Positions 1 to 13,816 are shown, counted from the whole stretch's first letter. The stretch is 63,207 bases of DNA, filler included, from Octopus bimaculoides (GCF_001194135.2; 6 parts of 6 records of this genome joined end to end with filler, not necessarily neighbours in it); one strand, 5' to 3'. The notes: a model not told the origin generated them from the sequence alone. Numbers and translations: made by a program.

Positions 1-231
1 ATTATTATTATTATTATTATTATTATTATCATAGTTGTTGATGATATATAATAAATGAAATATATTGACAAAATATAGTAATAATGCATTACATAAAAAA
101 AGCAGCACTAATAGGAACTAAATTATTAATAGCGATAGCAATGTTATTAATAATAATCCTAATAATAACTGCATCATCTTCGTCAACATCAACTTCCCTA
201 TCACTGTTAATTATTATTATTATTATTATTG

Positions 232-307
<76 letters not shown>

Positions 308-330
308 GTTCATCATCATCAATAATAGTA
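1..330. repeat. (ATT)n microsatellite / low-complexity tract
   Basis: Long ATT/TTA run read directly; it produces the poly-Ile and poly-Asn pseudo-ORFs. Confidence 0.95.
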
Positions 331-1354
331 ATAGTAGTGGGGTAGCAGCAGCAGCAGCAACAACAAGTTACCCCGTCCACCTCAAAAGAAAAAAAACACG
401 AGAAGATAAATGAATGCGAAATTGCATCTAAACTAAACAACAATATTTTTCCATCTGTAGCATTAATTACAGTAAGAAATTATACAGCTTAGCTGTAATT
501 AGTGAGAATTTAATTAAAACTAGCGAGATTGTATGATACAACTGATATAACTGTTAATTTCTTGCTTAAATTATTTTAAATATAGCTATTTGTTGTTTTT
601 TAACTGTTGTGTTCTTCTGTTGGTGATGCTGGTACATATAGTGTTAACGGAGGTGCTGGTGTGTTTGTGCTGCTACTTGTTGTTTGTGTCGGTGATGTTT
701 GTCGCGATGATGATGATGATGATGGTGGACAGAATGCGTATGAGATCGGGGAGGACGGGGTTTACTTTTCGTGGCTTATAATTAGACGAATCATAACGTA
801 GAATGATGCTTAATCTATCAATTAGTTTATATTTTCGTAAGCTATTTCTGCTGATTTGTTTGTGTTACTTTTAAATTAATGTTTTCTTATTTTACTCATT
901 GTTTTTTTCTTAATTTTTCTGTTGTTTTCTTTCGATGTAGATTATTTCGATTTGTTTTATTTTATGTAGAAATGAAATCGAAGTAGAAGGAAAGAATTGT
1001 GTTATTAAAGATTCAAAGAAACTGCATATATTGATTTATTTTCCATTGAAATCGTTATCGATTTTCATCCATTTCAAATCTTAACGGTTCAACATTTCCG
1101 CTTTATATGTTTCAGCATTTTCTTGTTGTTGACATTGCTTTTGCTACTGCGATTGCTGCTACTAGTGGTGATACTGATGCCGACGATGTTGATATTGCTG
1201 ATGTTAGCCCCTCAGATGAATCCAGAACATGGATATCTATACTGAAGAATTTTTTCCAGCCTTGCTCATCATATTTTCTTCTGAGGAAATTCATCTGAAG
1301 TCATATTTTTATATGTTGTTCAATTTTTGTTTTAATTTAAGATATAATCTTTCA

Positions 1355-1880
1355 ACATGAATGTCAGGAGATGTGAAAAAGCATGCAGTGATAACCTCCT
1401 CAGGATGCTGAAACTGGAAGGAGTACGGATGGAATCGAAGGGAAGAGTAATGAAGCTTTACTTGTAAAATAATACACATTGCAGACAAGAAAGCATTTGA
1501 AGAGATCATCATGAACGCGTTTCAAATGTGCGTATATAGGAGGACGTTACGAGTCCATTACAGCGATTGTCGGACACATGACTAGTGTCTCAACAGTTAT
1601 GTGAACGACAACAATTTTTGAACAATGTGAAAAAAAATAAAAGCTCGTATATTATGACCATTATAGATGAGATTTTTTCTTATCAGTAGAGGTCTAGAAA
1701 ACACCGTGGAAGGAGATATAGATGGTAATAGATCAAGTGACAGGCGATGGATGAACAATGTCACTAGCTGGTTGGACAAGAGTGGCAATTGAGCTGGAAA
1801 TCGCACTTAATCGGAAATACTATCGTTGTAGTGTCATCAATGCGACTCAAGCGTAGGATACACGACGATGACGACGACGA
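1355..1880 (+). mobile_element. Decayed RTE-clade LINE 3' end
   Basis: Frameshifted translation includes LENTVEGDIDGNRSSDRRWMNNVTSWLDK, resembling the RTE C-terminus, followed by a (GAC/GAT)n tail. Confidence 0.6.
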
Positions 1881-2346
1881 CGAAAATGACGCACGAATGA
1901 CCAAGAGCAACTGAATATGTTAGTGATATGTTTCCTACAATAGCAATGGCTGTTGCAAATTCTCTCAATCAGAAAACGGCATTTATGGCAGCAGTTGCTT
2001 CTCCGTCAAGAACGCTGCTTATGCTTTACCAAGTGGAAAGCTGCGATTACAACTGCAGTAGGATGCGTAATGTTTTAATGTGTTGCTATCCAAACTCGAC
2101 TTAAGTGTTATTGATAAGCTTATCATAAAACATATTACATATATTTATATTTATTATATACCATATTATTCAATGTTTCCTACATTTTTAATGGCAATAG
2201 GGTGAGATGTGAGGGAGAACTTAGTCGCTTATTTGACTCGGACGTGTCTGCAGCCTAAAGCATACACGCGATTCTTCTGTTGACGTCTCTTTTGTCGTTT
2301 ATTCCCAGATCAATTACATTTCAGGAAAATCAATATCGTCCTGACC

Positions 2347-2436
2347 ATGATCACGCCGGGATTTTGCTTGTTTTTTTTGTATTTGCTGGGAATCAAGGAC
2401 GATGTTATCCAACCTCGAAACCGTTGGTATTCTTTG
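2347..2436 (+). CDS. Candidate first coding exon of unnamed plus-strand gene (MITPGFCLFFLYLLGIKDDVIQPRNRWYSL)
   Basis: Strong acceptor TTTGTCGTTTATTCCCAG ending 2308, ATG at 2347, hydrophobic signal-like stretch, donor GTGAAT at 2437 (phase 0). The donor is weak and the model is hand-built. Confidence 0.25.
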
Positions 2437-4138
2437 GTGAATTGACTACTATTTATATCAGGTGGCATGTCCCTGACAGAAGTATTTATTGCAATGTTAC
2501 GTCTCTACACCGGCATCGAGCATAGGGGTTCTTAGCAAAAGCCAGGAATTCCTTGCGAACGCAATACACTCAACACAGGTGCCAGTTGAATCAGTGCGTA
2601 ACATTTAGACACGTGTCATTTAACCACTGTTGTGTTTATTTTTTTGTTATTTATTATATTTTATCTATTTATGTGTTGCTCTATTGTTCATTATTTTTCG
2701 TTCCTTCACTCTCTTTTTCTGATTTCGAAAATACACCCAACAGTCAACGATATATNNNNNNNNNNNNNNNNNNNNNNNNNNNNNNNNNNNNNNNNNNNNN
2801 NNNNNNNNNNNNNNNNNNNNNNNNNNNNNNNNNNNNNNNNNNNNNNNNNNNNNNNNNNNNNNNNNNNNNNNNNNNNNNNNNNNNNNNNNNNNNNNNNNNN
2901 NNNNNNNNNNNNNNNNNNNNNNNNNNNNNATATATGTATGTATGTATGTATGTATGTATATAATATTGTATAATAAAAAAGACAGGACATGAAGTAAGCT
3001 GATATCGATTCTCTTGAAACGCTGTTGATCATAATCCTAGCCCAGGAGAGCTAACACGGAAAGTGATATCAGTAAAAGCCTCAATAATATGTTTCTAATA
3101 TCTGCAATTATATATACGACAATCTCGTTGTTAATTTTGGTGATGGATGTTGGGTTTCTTTGACTCAATGAATCTTACAGCTTGGATGGTTTCTTTGTCG
3201 ATATCAGCAGGATGAAATATAAACTTGACGATGATAATATTTGAAACCTTTATTGAAAAGGATGATAAAAGCATAGGTATTTATGAAATTGCTAAGAAAT
3301 TGCAAAGGGCTTTCAAAGTAATGAATGATAATAAATCCACATCATTGTTGTATATGTAGTTGTCAGTAAGTTCGATTACCTTTAAAAGAGAATCATTCTG
3401 AATGTTTCAAAAAGAGATCGTGTGATAGTGTTGACCGCATACATCTTACGCCTCGTTTCTTTACTTGCAACGACAGTTCAACAAATAACTTCCTGGTGAT
3501 ATCTTTGCAACGCCTTAGGCGTTTGTCAAGAATATTTATTGGCATATTGCAAAAGATAGTTTCGTGTTTACCCTGAGGTAATTTTTGGTTTACAAGACAT
3601 CATGTTGCCAACTCGATAGAGAGAAATTTGCTTCGTTTTCTTAGAAATATAAAGCGCAGAAAATATAACTCAAAACAATTCCTACTCCAGCCCTCTGACT
3701 ATTCAAACGAACTACTCACTTCATTGTTACTTTCATTTTATGGATATCATAAAGATAACGTCAGGGGAGGCATCTAGGATGTAAGAATTAAGAACACAAA
3801 GGGATGAAATAAAACCTACATATTTTTATGTCCTGTTTTGTCGATACTGCCGATTCACTGCCTTATTTCACAGATCGGAAGTTAACTAGACATGTAGCGA
3901 CATCATACGATATATATTTCTTATACCAATGCCCAAAACATAACATTTCTTAACTTAGTCATTATGCTCGAATTAAAAACCCAAACGTCTACGACATTAA
4001 TTTGCAGGGCGGTTAGCCTCGACTTCATTATTATTTTTAAATATATTGCTTGGAGAGTTACACTTAAATATTCCAGTTAATAGAACAGAAGCTATCTTTG
4101 TCTCCTAGTGTCAGAAGAATAAATCAAATGAAGGAAAT

Positions 4139-4170
<32 letters not shown>

Positions 4171-4180
4171 NNNNNNNNNN

Positions 4181-4212
<32 letters not shown>

Positions 4213-4430
4213 TAAGAGATGTTAACGTCTGACAAAGGTTAAGGAGGGGAAATAGCGAAATATATTCTTGCAATACAACACGGACATTTAAATTGATAGG
4301 GTTTTTCTTAGGATGTGCGCAGGGCTTGCCGGCACAGTCTTTTGGAGTTTTCTGTTTACAATGGATCATTTGTTTGAATGATATTGGCTCAATGTTGTTC
4401 TAAACGTACCCTACAAGGTGACCACAACAG

Positions 4431-4480
4431 CGTTTGTACGTTTCACTATCCTCTAACTTCGAAGTAAATCAACCAACACC
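4431..4480 (+). CDS. Candidate exon (RLYVSLSSNFEVNQPT-P), phase 0 to 2
   Basis: Donor GTGAGT at 4481, open frame, phase matches the 6230 exon. The acceptor lacks a good pyrimidine tract. Confidence 0.3.
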
Positions 4481-4693
4481 GTGAGTGAACTTTGTTCATG
4501 GAATCTGTGTGTAAGTACCTATGTATATTTATGTGTATGCATGCATGTATGTATGTACAAATATATATGTATGTACATATGCATGCATAAATATATGTGT
4601 GTGTGTGTGTGTATGAATGTATGTATGTATGGATCAAAACGGTTTGAGTGAAATCCGTTGGTACTCTTGTGTTCAAGCGTTTATATGTGTGTA

Positions 4694-4724
<31 letters not shown>

Positions 4725-5149
4725 ATTCATGTGTGAATATGGGTATATGTAAGTATATGTGTTCCTGTACGTGTTTCAATTTGTCTCACTGCTTTACACT
4801 CAGTCTTTGTTTGTTTACGTTTCCTCGTTTTTTTGCCTCTTTGGAGCCGTTCTTGATAAGAGACACCGATATTTGATCGACCAAATGTTCGGTATCGCGT
4901 AAATAAATAAATAAGTTCAGAATATAAAGAAAAGTACAAATACAACATGTTATATCCTCCATTCTACATGATTTGTTTCTGAAATAATTCAGCCTCAGAA
5001 GGATGAAAAATAAATTCAAACCGGATACATTTTTTAACACAAAAATGTAAATGACCGCAACTAAATGCCGCCAAAGGTCGGCATTTGATGCAATGTTTTA
5101 CTGCCTCATCTTAGACGTGACACTGGAATCATGAATGACAAAACCTCAC

Positions 5150-5323
5150 CAGATTTCAGGTGATATTTTGAGTCGATACAATCGGTTAACGACCTGTGTT
5201 TTATGACGTTTGTTAGATGAAAGGTTAACCTCCGTTTGTGAGATTTGAACATTGGCATACATGGAAACAAATCAATAGTGCACTTAAACTGGGGTTGTTT
5301 ATCGATTCCAACATACACATATT
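5150..5323 (-). CDS. Candidate isolated minus-strand exon, 174 nt, phase 1 to 1 (YVYVGIDKQPQFKCTIDLFPCMPMFKSHKRRLTFHLTNVIKHRSLTDCIDSKYHLKS)
   Basis: Minus-strand acceptor TTTTATTTCTCTTTAAAAG and donor G|GTGAGG bound an open frame; product not recognised. Confidence 0.35.
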
Positions 5324-6229
5324 CTTTTAAAGAGAAATAAAATTTAACACTATTTCAAAAGGTTAAAGAAGAAGCATAAAAAAAAATCATTATTATGAAA
5401 TTTCCTAATCAATTAGAACAGAACAATTTTTAAAATATGGCTCTTTTTGTCTAACGATGTTGTACATAATTCAATGGTGTTGAAACATAGTTTGTAGCCA
5501 GTTTTCGATGATTGATTAAGTTATCACGAATCGAAGCTTAAGCACGCGTCTAGCTGCTGATTCTCCAAGAAAATTAGTATTCTAATGTGGCGTTAATATT
5601 ACGAAGCATATGTGCTAACGCAACACAAATATGTTAATTGTCCAGCTGATCAAGCACCGGAGACCTTTCCGTTTACAATTAGCAGAGTCTGACTTGGCGC
5701 TAAAGCCAACAACTGGGGAATATTCGATCGCAAAATTTATTTAAATTCACGAATAATTCGTATTGCTAGACAACCAAAACCTTTAGCTTAGAAGACAGCC
5801 GAAAAGTTTTACTATCGAGGGAACATTTAGAAGCATACCACATTACTCTGGTAAGCAGCTTTATTTGCTTAGGGCTCCCTGTAATATTAAGTAGATTAAA
5901 TTAGTGCTATTTTGAGAATAGTGTTTGATGTTCAATCTTTTAACACGATTGGCAATATACCAAGATTTTCATTTTGGATATTACTAGAGAAATTGAAGGC
6001 GTATAAATTGCAATAAATTTTACATGTGAAAGCTACCTATCCATATAAAACATTATAAATCGCAAGTGGGGAATTTGTTTTCGTGTGTTGGTATTTTTAA
6101 AAATCTTTTGCTACTTATTGTTTATATTTTCAAACAAAAATTACCCAAAAAGAAAAGAAAAAAACGAAAGGTAAAAGTAAATAAATTTTATGATAGATGT
6201 CTGTATTCTTACATTATAATATTTTATAG

Positions 6230-6278
6230 ATCTGGAGAAATGCCACACCGTGTTGGCATTGAAGGATACACTGTAGTT
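6230..6278 (+). CDS. Candidate exon (SGEMPHRVGIEGYTVV), phase 2 to 0
   Basis: Acceptor ATATTTTATAG and donor GTAAGT at 6279; only one of three frames is open. Confidence 0.55.
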
Positions 6279-6834
6279 GTAAGTATGGTGCTGATTAAGT
6301 TATTGACAAAAGTGTGCAACTGAGAGATAGTGGTTAAGAAGTATTAAATGTATGATGTGATAGTCCCTCCTAAGACAAATGGCACTCTACGAGAAATACT
6401 AATTATAACTTACGTAGCATTACATATACATAGAAAGTAATATTTTGTAAATGGCATATATGTTAAATACATTCGCCCACACATATACTCATATCATATA
6501 TATGAATTCATGTATCCTCTAATGCATACATACACACACACAAACACAAACACAGACATAAATATATAAATATATATTTATAAATATGTACGGCGTATAT
6601 GTATGTGTGTGTGAGAGAGAGAGAGAGAGGGAGAAAAAAAAGAGAGTACTTTTATATTGAATACTGTCATTTTTGTTCATACCATAACAACACTAATACA
6701 CCCAAACATACGCAAGCATACAATCCAATATATAGAAACACAAATATGTGTATGTTGTGTGCATGCGTGTGGCTGTGTTTGTTATGTACGTGTGTGCTTG
6801 TGTGGGTTTCCGAGTGCAAATGGGAAGAGCTGTC

Positions 6835-6888
<54 letters not shown>

Positions 6889-7047
6889 NNNNNNNNNNNN
6901 NCACGTATGCATATAGATATACATGTACATATGCACAGACATATGTGTATGAGTGTGTGATTTGTCTTGAGTTTAAGTTAAGTTCCTTTTGAGTGAGATC
7001 AATCCTGTTTTCCAACAAAGCACACATGTATGTATGTGTGTATGTAG

Positions 7048-7184
7048 GCAGCACGTGTATCAGGAAACTATGGTAATGGCCGAACAGAGGCCAACCATTA
7101 TATTGGATCAGTGGATGGAAAATTGAAATCCATGTTTCGATCTTTAGACAGTCCAAGAAGAAACATACCACGAACGTTCAGCAT
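7048..7184 (+). CDS. Candidate exon (AARVSGNYGNGRTEANHYIGSVDGKLKSMFRSLDSPRRNIPRTFS), phase 0 to 2
   Basis: TAG acceptor after a TG-rich tract, 45 open codons of high complexity, donor GTAAGT at 7185; in phase with the 6230-6278 exon. Confidence 0.6.
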
Positions 7185-7492
7185 GTAAGTGGGAAGATAA
7201 GGACTAGAATTGCAGCTACAGCATCATATCGAGGATTTTCTTAGATGAAGATTTTTAAAGATGAAACCTTATATTAAAGTCAAAACGATTTTCCATATAA
7301 TCACTTCAAAAAAGCTTAAGAACCATCAGTACTTATGTAAATACCAGGAGAGAGAGTTTTCTTTATATCCACATTTTGAAATATACCAGATCAAAACGGA
7401 TTTTTTAGAATAACGTAATAACGCTATTTATCAATTTAAACAGGTTTGAAACAGCTGTAGTGATGAATCAATATCCATTTGATATTATTTGT

Positions 7493-7525
<33 letters not shown>

Positions 7526-8940
7526 NNNNNNNNNNNNNNNNNNNNNNNNNNNNNNNNNNNNNNNNNNNNNNNNNNNNNNNNNNNNNNNNNNNNNNNNNNN
7601 NNNNNNNNNNNNNNNNNNNNNNNNNNNNNNNNNNNNNNNNNNNNNNNNNNNNNNNNNNNNNNNNNNNNNNNNNNNNNNNNNNNNNNNNNNNNNNNNNNNN
7701 NNNNNNNNNNNNNNNNNNNNNNNNNNNNNNNNNNNNNNNNNNNNNNNNNNNNNNNNNNNNNNNNNNNNNNNNNNNNNNNNNNNNNNNNNNNNNNNNNNNN
7801 NNNNNNNNNNNNNNNNNNNNNNNNNNNNNNNNNNNNNNNNNNNNNNNNNNNNNNNNNNNNNNNNNNNNNNNNNNNNNNNNNNNNNNNNNNNNNNNNNNNN
7901 NNNNNNNNNNNNNNNNNNNNNNNNNNNNNNNNNNNNNNNNNNNNNNNNNNNNNNNNNNNNNNNNNNNNNNNNNNNNNNNNNNNNNNNNNNNNNNNNNNNN
8001 NNNNNNNNNNNNNNNNNNNNNNNNNTATATATATATGTAAACACTTTTACGTTTGTGTTTATGTGTCTATACTGTCCTCCCACCACCATTGCTTTGCCAA
8101 CGAAGTTGGTATGTTTAAACCACCGTAATCTAGTGGTTCTGCAATATAGACTGATGGAATAAATATTAGGCTTATAAAGAATACGTTCTACGTTCGATTT
8201 CTTTGACTAAAAATATTTTCAGCCGGTGCTCAAGCATGGCAGCAGTCAAATGACTGAAGCGAATGAAAGAATGAAATAAATGAACAAACTGACTGCTCGA
8301 GGGAACCAACCAACCGGAACGGTTGATAACCTTTAGACTAAAACTAATGACCGAAACACTACAGGGAAATCAACCAAGCAGAACACGAAACTTGACCAAA
8401 ACAAAAACAGGCATACGTGCGTATGGATTGGTGTGTAAATATGTACGTTTGTATATAGCATGTGGGTGGTATTGTGAAGTAAATGGTATATGATCCATAT
8501 ATCCATATTATTCGATAAACCGCAGTTTTTTCTTTATAAAATGAGTATGAAAATGAATTTTTATCATTTTAAATGGTTGCATAAATCATTTAAATTCATG
8601 AAAAATACTTAAACACAATCATAAATTTAATAAAAAGAGGCAAGCAAATATGTTTCATTTGTCATTTTTGAAGATTTATATAAAATTCCGTTTTACGTTC
8701 AAAACATTTATGTACTTAATTATNNNNNNNNNNATATATACATATGTATATATACTCACATATATAAATATAAATGTACATGTATGTATATGTATATATG
8801 TGTGTTTGTATACATATATCTCTACGTATATCTATATGTATATAAACATATATAGCAATATGTATTTAAGCACACAGACACACATATATATATACATATA
8901 TACATATGATGTATATATACACCTGTCTCACTTTCTCTCC

Positions 8941-8982
<42 letters not shown>

Positions 8983-8992
8983 NNNNNNNNNN

Positions 8993-9035
<43 letters not shown>

Positions 9036-9109
9036 CGTATATATGATGATTGCTTCTTATTAACGGATGAATTACTGTCCCATCAACACACACACCAGCC
9101 CATCACACC

Positions 9110-10260
9110 GCACAATCACTCCGCTGATGAGGCCTCAGATGACTTTTAAGACCAGCTGCTGACTGACAGGATTTAAAACACTAGAGACAGCTATTATTCA
9201 AGTTTCTTCTACACCCTTGCCCTTTGGAAACTGATCTTGAAGGAATATCTTTTGTGAACTTGAGCATGTCTCTTAAGTGCAGATAGTGTCTTCCAATTTT
9301 TCTGACATATGACACAAGTCTTAAGAGGCGGTTGGTCTCCAATATCATTACCTATCTGGGCATTTCAAAGTTCACGTTACTTCATATTATTCACAAATCC
9401 TGCTTTTGATAACGGAACACGATCACAAGTAATATATATTCAGTGTTCACTGTTGATTACATTTCCAGTTGTTCCTTTGCGGCAGGCCCTTTGAAGGCCA
9501 GAGTACCGAATCTACATTTCTTCCCAGCAAATCTCCACTTGTTCCCAGCCAGAACATCATTTTCCCAATCACTTTTGTTCATATTTCGTTTCTTCAGGTT
9601 TTCCTTCACACAGTCTTTATACCCTTTCCTTGGCTTATATTGTGGTTTCTTACCAGAGTTAAGCTCACCATAAAAATGTTCATCTTTCATTGAAATATCA
9701 TGTCCAGTTCATCTCCTTTGAGCCAAGATAATATGTTGTTCAATTGAACTCCAACGTGTCATGAGGAACATTTCTGTATCTAGTTTGTAACATTCCAATT
9801 GACTCCTAAGAACCATCTGATGCACCTTTGATGAAATCTCTCCAGGATTTTCAGGTGACGATTGTAAGTGGTTCATGTCTCACTCGTATAAAGACGTATA
9901 GACAATACATATGCTTTATAGACACTGATTTTTCTCTGCATGGAATTGCCTCTATCCGCCTATACTCACTTATCGATCTTCCAACTGCAACAGTTTCCTT
10001 CCCTATTTAATATTATATATTTGCATCAAGACCAACATCTCTTGACAGTGTGCTTTCAAGGTAAACAAATGTGTCAGCAACTTCTAACATTGTTCCATTT
10101 AGAAAACTGTTTGGCTCAGAATATGTTTGCCCTGGTGCGGGCTTAAACGTTACTTTGGTTTTCCCCACATTCATTGTGGGTCCGAACTGTACCCATGCAG
10201 TGGAACATCTGCCCATTAAATGTCGCATATCCCCTCTGAGTGTGCCAAGAAATTAGCATC
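9110..10260 (-). mobile_element. Decayed RTE (BovB-like) LINE 3' part with C-terminal C2H2 fingers
   Basis: ORFs 10013-10228 (NVGKTKVTFKPAPGQTYSEP...FVYLESTLSRD) and 9457-9690 (FYGELNSGK...KDCVKENLKK...W) match RTE RT/C-terminal motifs. Zinc fingers lie at 9120-9440. Confidence 0.85.
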
Positions 10261-10329
10261 TTCATTGTGGCTGTTTTAGCTGTTTTATATATATTATGTA
10301 TTTATATATCTTATATACAGTGAAACCTA

Positions 10330-10760
10330 ACAAGAACTGTTGCTGGTAACCGAAATAAGATTAGGGGTAGCCCAGATAAATTTTGTAATGGGTTCTGTCT
10401 GAGCAGAAATGTAATATATAAATGCGTTGTTAGGATGAGGACAATTCAAATAAGTTCTATATAGGAAGTACGATAGATTTGAAAGCAAGAAATAGAGCAC
10501 ATTTGAGTTCATTTTCAAATGAAAAGTATTGCAACTCCACAACTCTCGCATCCTANNNNNNNNNNGACATTAAGAAGAAAAATAAGAAATACTCCTTTGA
10601 ATGGTCAATTGTATCGAGAGCTCCTTATTTTAGAGCAAATATTAGCAAATGTCTATTGTGTATTAGGGAATCTCTCACTATACTTAGGTTGTTTGGGCTG
10701 AAAACTTTAAATAAATTCACTAAAGTGATTCCCTTCTGCAATCATAGGTTTTCCTCCACT
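10330..10760 (+). mobile_element. Penelope-like element, GIY-YIG endonuclease remnant
   Basis: Translations NGFCLSRNVIYKC...FYIGST...HLSSFSNEKYCNSTTLAS...EWSIVSRAPY...KCLLCIRE...LNK...CNHR fit the Penelope GIY-YIG C-terminus. Confidence 0.8.
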
Positions 10761-10993
10761 TTCTTGAAGGTATATAGAAATAAAAATAAAAATAAAGAAT
10801 ATCAATATAAATAAGATTTATTTGTCTGCGTTAGGGTGATTCGAAACCTGCATCTTTACATTAGTTACTACAGCCAATTTGAACTTTTTTTTTATTCATG
10901 ACATAGACTCGTTTTTACCTCTTGACTATATAAACCTGTCCTACAGAAAAAATAGTTTCTTAGCGTGTCCTGATGTTTGTTTGTAATTGAGGA

Positions 10994-11080
10994 GGGGGTC
11001 ATCACCGGATTGCACTATGACGTGTATGGACTACGGGGGTCATCACCGGATTGCACTATGACGTGTATGGACTACGGGGG
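10994..11080. repeat. Perfect 41-bp tandem duplication
   Basis: GGGGGTCATCACCGGATTGCACTATGACGTGTATGGACTAC occurs at 10994 and 11035. Confidence 0.95.
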
Positions 11081-11901
11081 TGAAACCTTGAAATGGCCTT
11101 AGGTGCTTCGGTGTGTTTTGACCAGTGATTTTTGTGAACTTTTGTAAGTTTGGTGAGGAGTAACGGATTTTACCTATAGAAGTATGCTGTTATTACGTGT
11201 ACCTTGAAGTAAGTACAGGATTTTCTAATATAACTTTAAATGATGTTAAATTATTTTAAAGTTTTTCGTCATTTTAAAGTTTTGGCATCGATTACAGTAT
11301 TTTAGCCGTTGGACTATTATAGTATTTTATTTTACTTCATTTTATCTTATTCTATTTTGCTTTATTTGTCTATTTTGAATTTCTAATTGCTTAACTTTAT
11401 TCGAATTGGAATTATAAAAAGATATATATCTTGCGTTATATTTTCAACTCAAATTTGGGAATGAAACATAGAGATATTTACCTACCCTATATTAATTTTA
11501 GCAATTTCTGAAATTCAGTCGGAATTTTTTATTTTGCTGCCGACAGAAAATGCGCTTGCGCGGTGGATCTGAAAAGTTATTTTGTCTCTAATTTATATAT
11601 TAATGTTTGTCATACCCGCTGATGAGAACTTCACAAATTATTTTGTTTACTAATTAAAGTTGCGGCTGTAAAACATGGTAAATAGTTTTATTTTTCATTC
11701 CCTTCGAAATTGTTCTTAACTGTGGTTTGGACTTTTTGAGTGTTCCTTCTTGCACATAAAGCGTCCCGTTAAGGCGCACTCCTTTTGCGTTTAAATGTAC
11801 ACTAATTTTATATGAAAAATATGTCTATTTACTTTGTATACATGCTAGGCCAGTGATAGAAAAAAATTCTATAAATTTTCCTACCCTATATACACTTTAA
11901 G

Positions 11902-11973
<72 letters not shown>

Positions 11974-12452
11974 GATAAGAAATGAAAGAACATGAATTCT
12001 TAATCTAGATATTATGGTTTGGTGTTGTCAGAGACTTATTTTGTTTTTATTTCTTTGATATTCCTTTCTCTCTCCCTGCCAAATAACTGTTTCCCAATGA
12101 ACGCGTGGATGTATCATTCGTTCTGTATATTTTGGGCTTTGTCTCCTCATTTAATCCATTTTCATAAGTACATGAGTTTCAAGCTTCTATCTTTTCCTCT
12201 TTTGGATTAGTACGAAATAAACTTCTCATACGTGTAGTGATCTCTGACAGAAACAATTCAACTAACCTGTATTATGTCCAATAATATTAACCTGTATTTA
12301 TTATCAAAGCATTTTGCACACTCTGTCATCAAAACAGACATACGCACAAACAACACACACACACGTATGCAATTGTGCTAGGACATAAGAGTGAACACAC
12401 CAACAACACATGCGCATGCATGTAATCATGTATATACGTGTTGGCATGCTTG

Positions 12453-12513
<61 letters not shown>

Positions 12514-13422
12514 AATGTAGGACAGTAAGCTAGAGAATCTCCACGCATTCTTGTTTCAATTTACACCTACCATATATATATATACAAATCGCTACACACA
12601 CATGTATATATATATACATAGATAAGTGTGTAATTTCTGTATAAAAATGTGAAAATGTCAATGTTTTGTGCGGGGTATGGAGTAATAGACTACAGAGCAA
12701 AGATGATGGAGAATAAATTTGAAAACATAAATACGTAAATCAAAAGCGACCCATCCACGAAAACAAACGCAAGCTATAAACGAACACAAAGAGGGTAATG
12801 TTGCCGACAATTATATATCAGACACGGGCGATATAACAAAAACAAAACAAAAACAAATCTAAATATATATATACCTATAACTATGCGTGAATGTGTGCAT
12901 GTTTGTATATTATATACATATGTATATTTATGTGTGTATGTATGTAAATGGAACAATGCCAATATCCCCGTTTATATATTATACTTTCATTATTTCCATC
13001 GTTCGCTTTTCCGTTGTGATTTATTGTTCAATAATAGTGACCGTTTTTCACACATAAACTCTGTATTCCTCGCTTTCTCTGTGATTTTATATACATATAT
13101 ATATATTTTTTTTTTTTACATTTCATCCTCTCACACATCTCTCGTGTATGACTCAACGCAAACCCGAAACTGTGAAACCTATTGACCTAACATCTCCTAC
13201 GACAACCTCGTTTCATTGATTCTAAACGGTTAGTTCTGTAGTTCTTTTATCATTTAGTTAGAATAAGTTTTCTTTGATCACCGTGTCTGCTATCAATATA
13301 GATGAAATACCAAAAACAGTTTCTCGATGCTGCACACCAACGATCATTTGTTTTATCCATAATATGTTCTCATTATCTCTCCATCCTACCGACATACATG
13401 CTCGTAAATATACATACCTAAG

Positions 13423-13463
<41 letters not shown>

Positions 13464-13778
13464 GGAAAATTCATATATACATATATATATAAACATATAA
13501 TTACACAGGTACATACATACGTACATAATTACATACATGAAAATATATATACACACACTCAAATACGTACGTACATGCATACGTATACGCATAAATATGA
13601 TTACATGCATACATACATTCATACATACATGCATATATTTGAAATTACAAAAATGGCAGAGGAAACGGATGAAAATATTAAATATAAAATTCTTTTTCAT
13701 TTGTTACCACCCCACTGGATAATCTTTCTACGTCTTCATTTCTCTCACATATCCCCTAAGCTCACCCGNNNNNNNNNN

Positions 13779-13816
<38 letters not shown>

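Noticed and set aside
1112-1294. Minus ORF starting MNFLRRK, reminiscent of the synapsin N-terminus
   Set aside because: Similarity stops after six residues. The rest fits a decayed RTE tail running into a (GAT/GCT) low-complexity tract.
3400-3720. Possible Tc1 HTH remnant on the minus strand
   Set aside because: Only a vague resemblance (ELSLQVKKRGVRCMRSTLS); no catalytic motifs or TIRs found.
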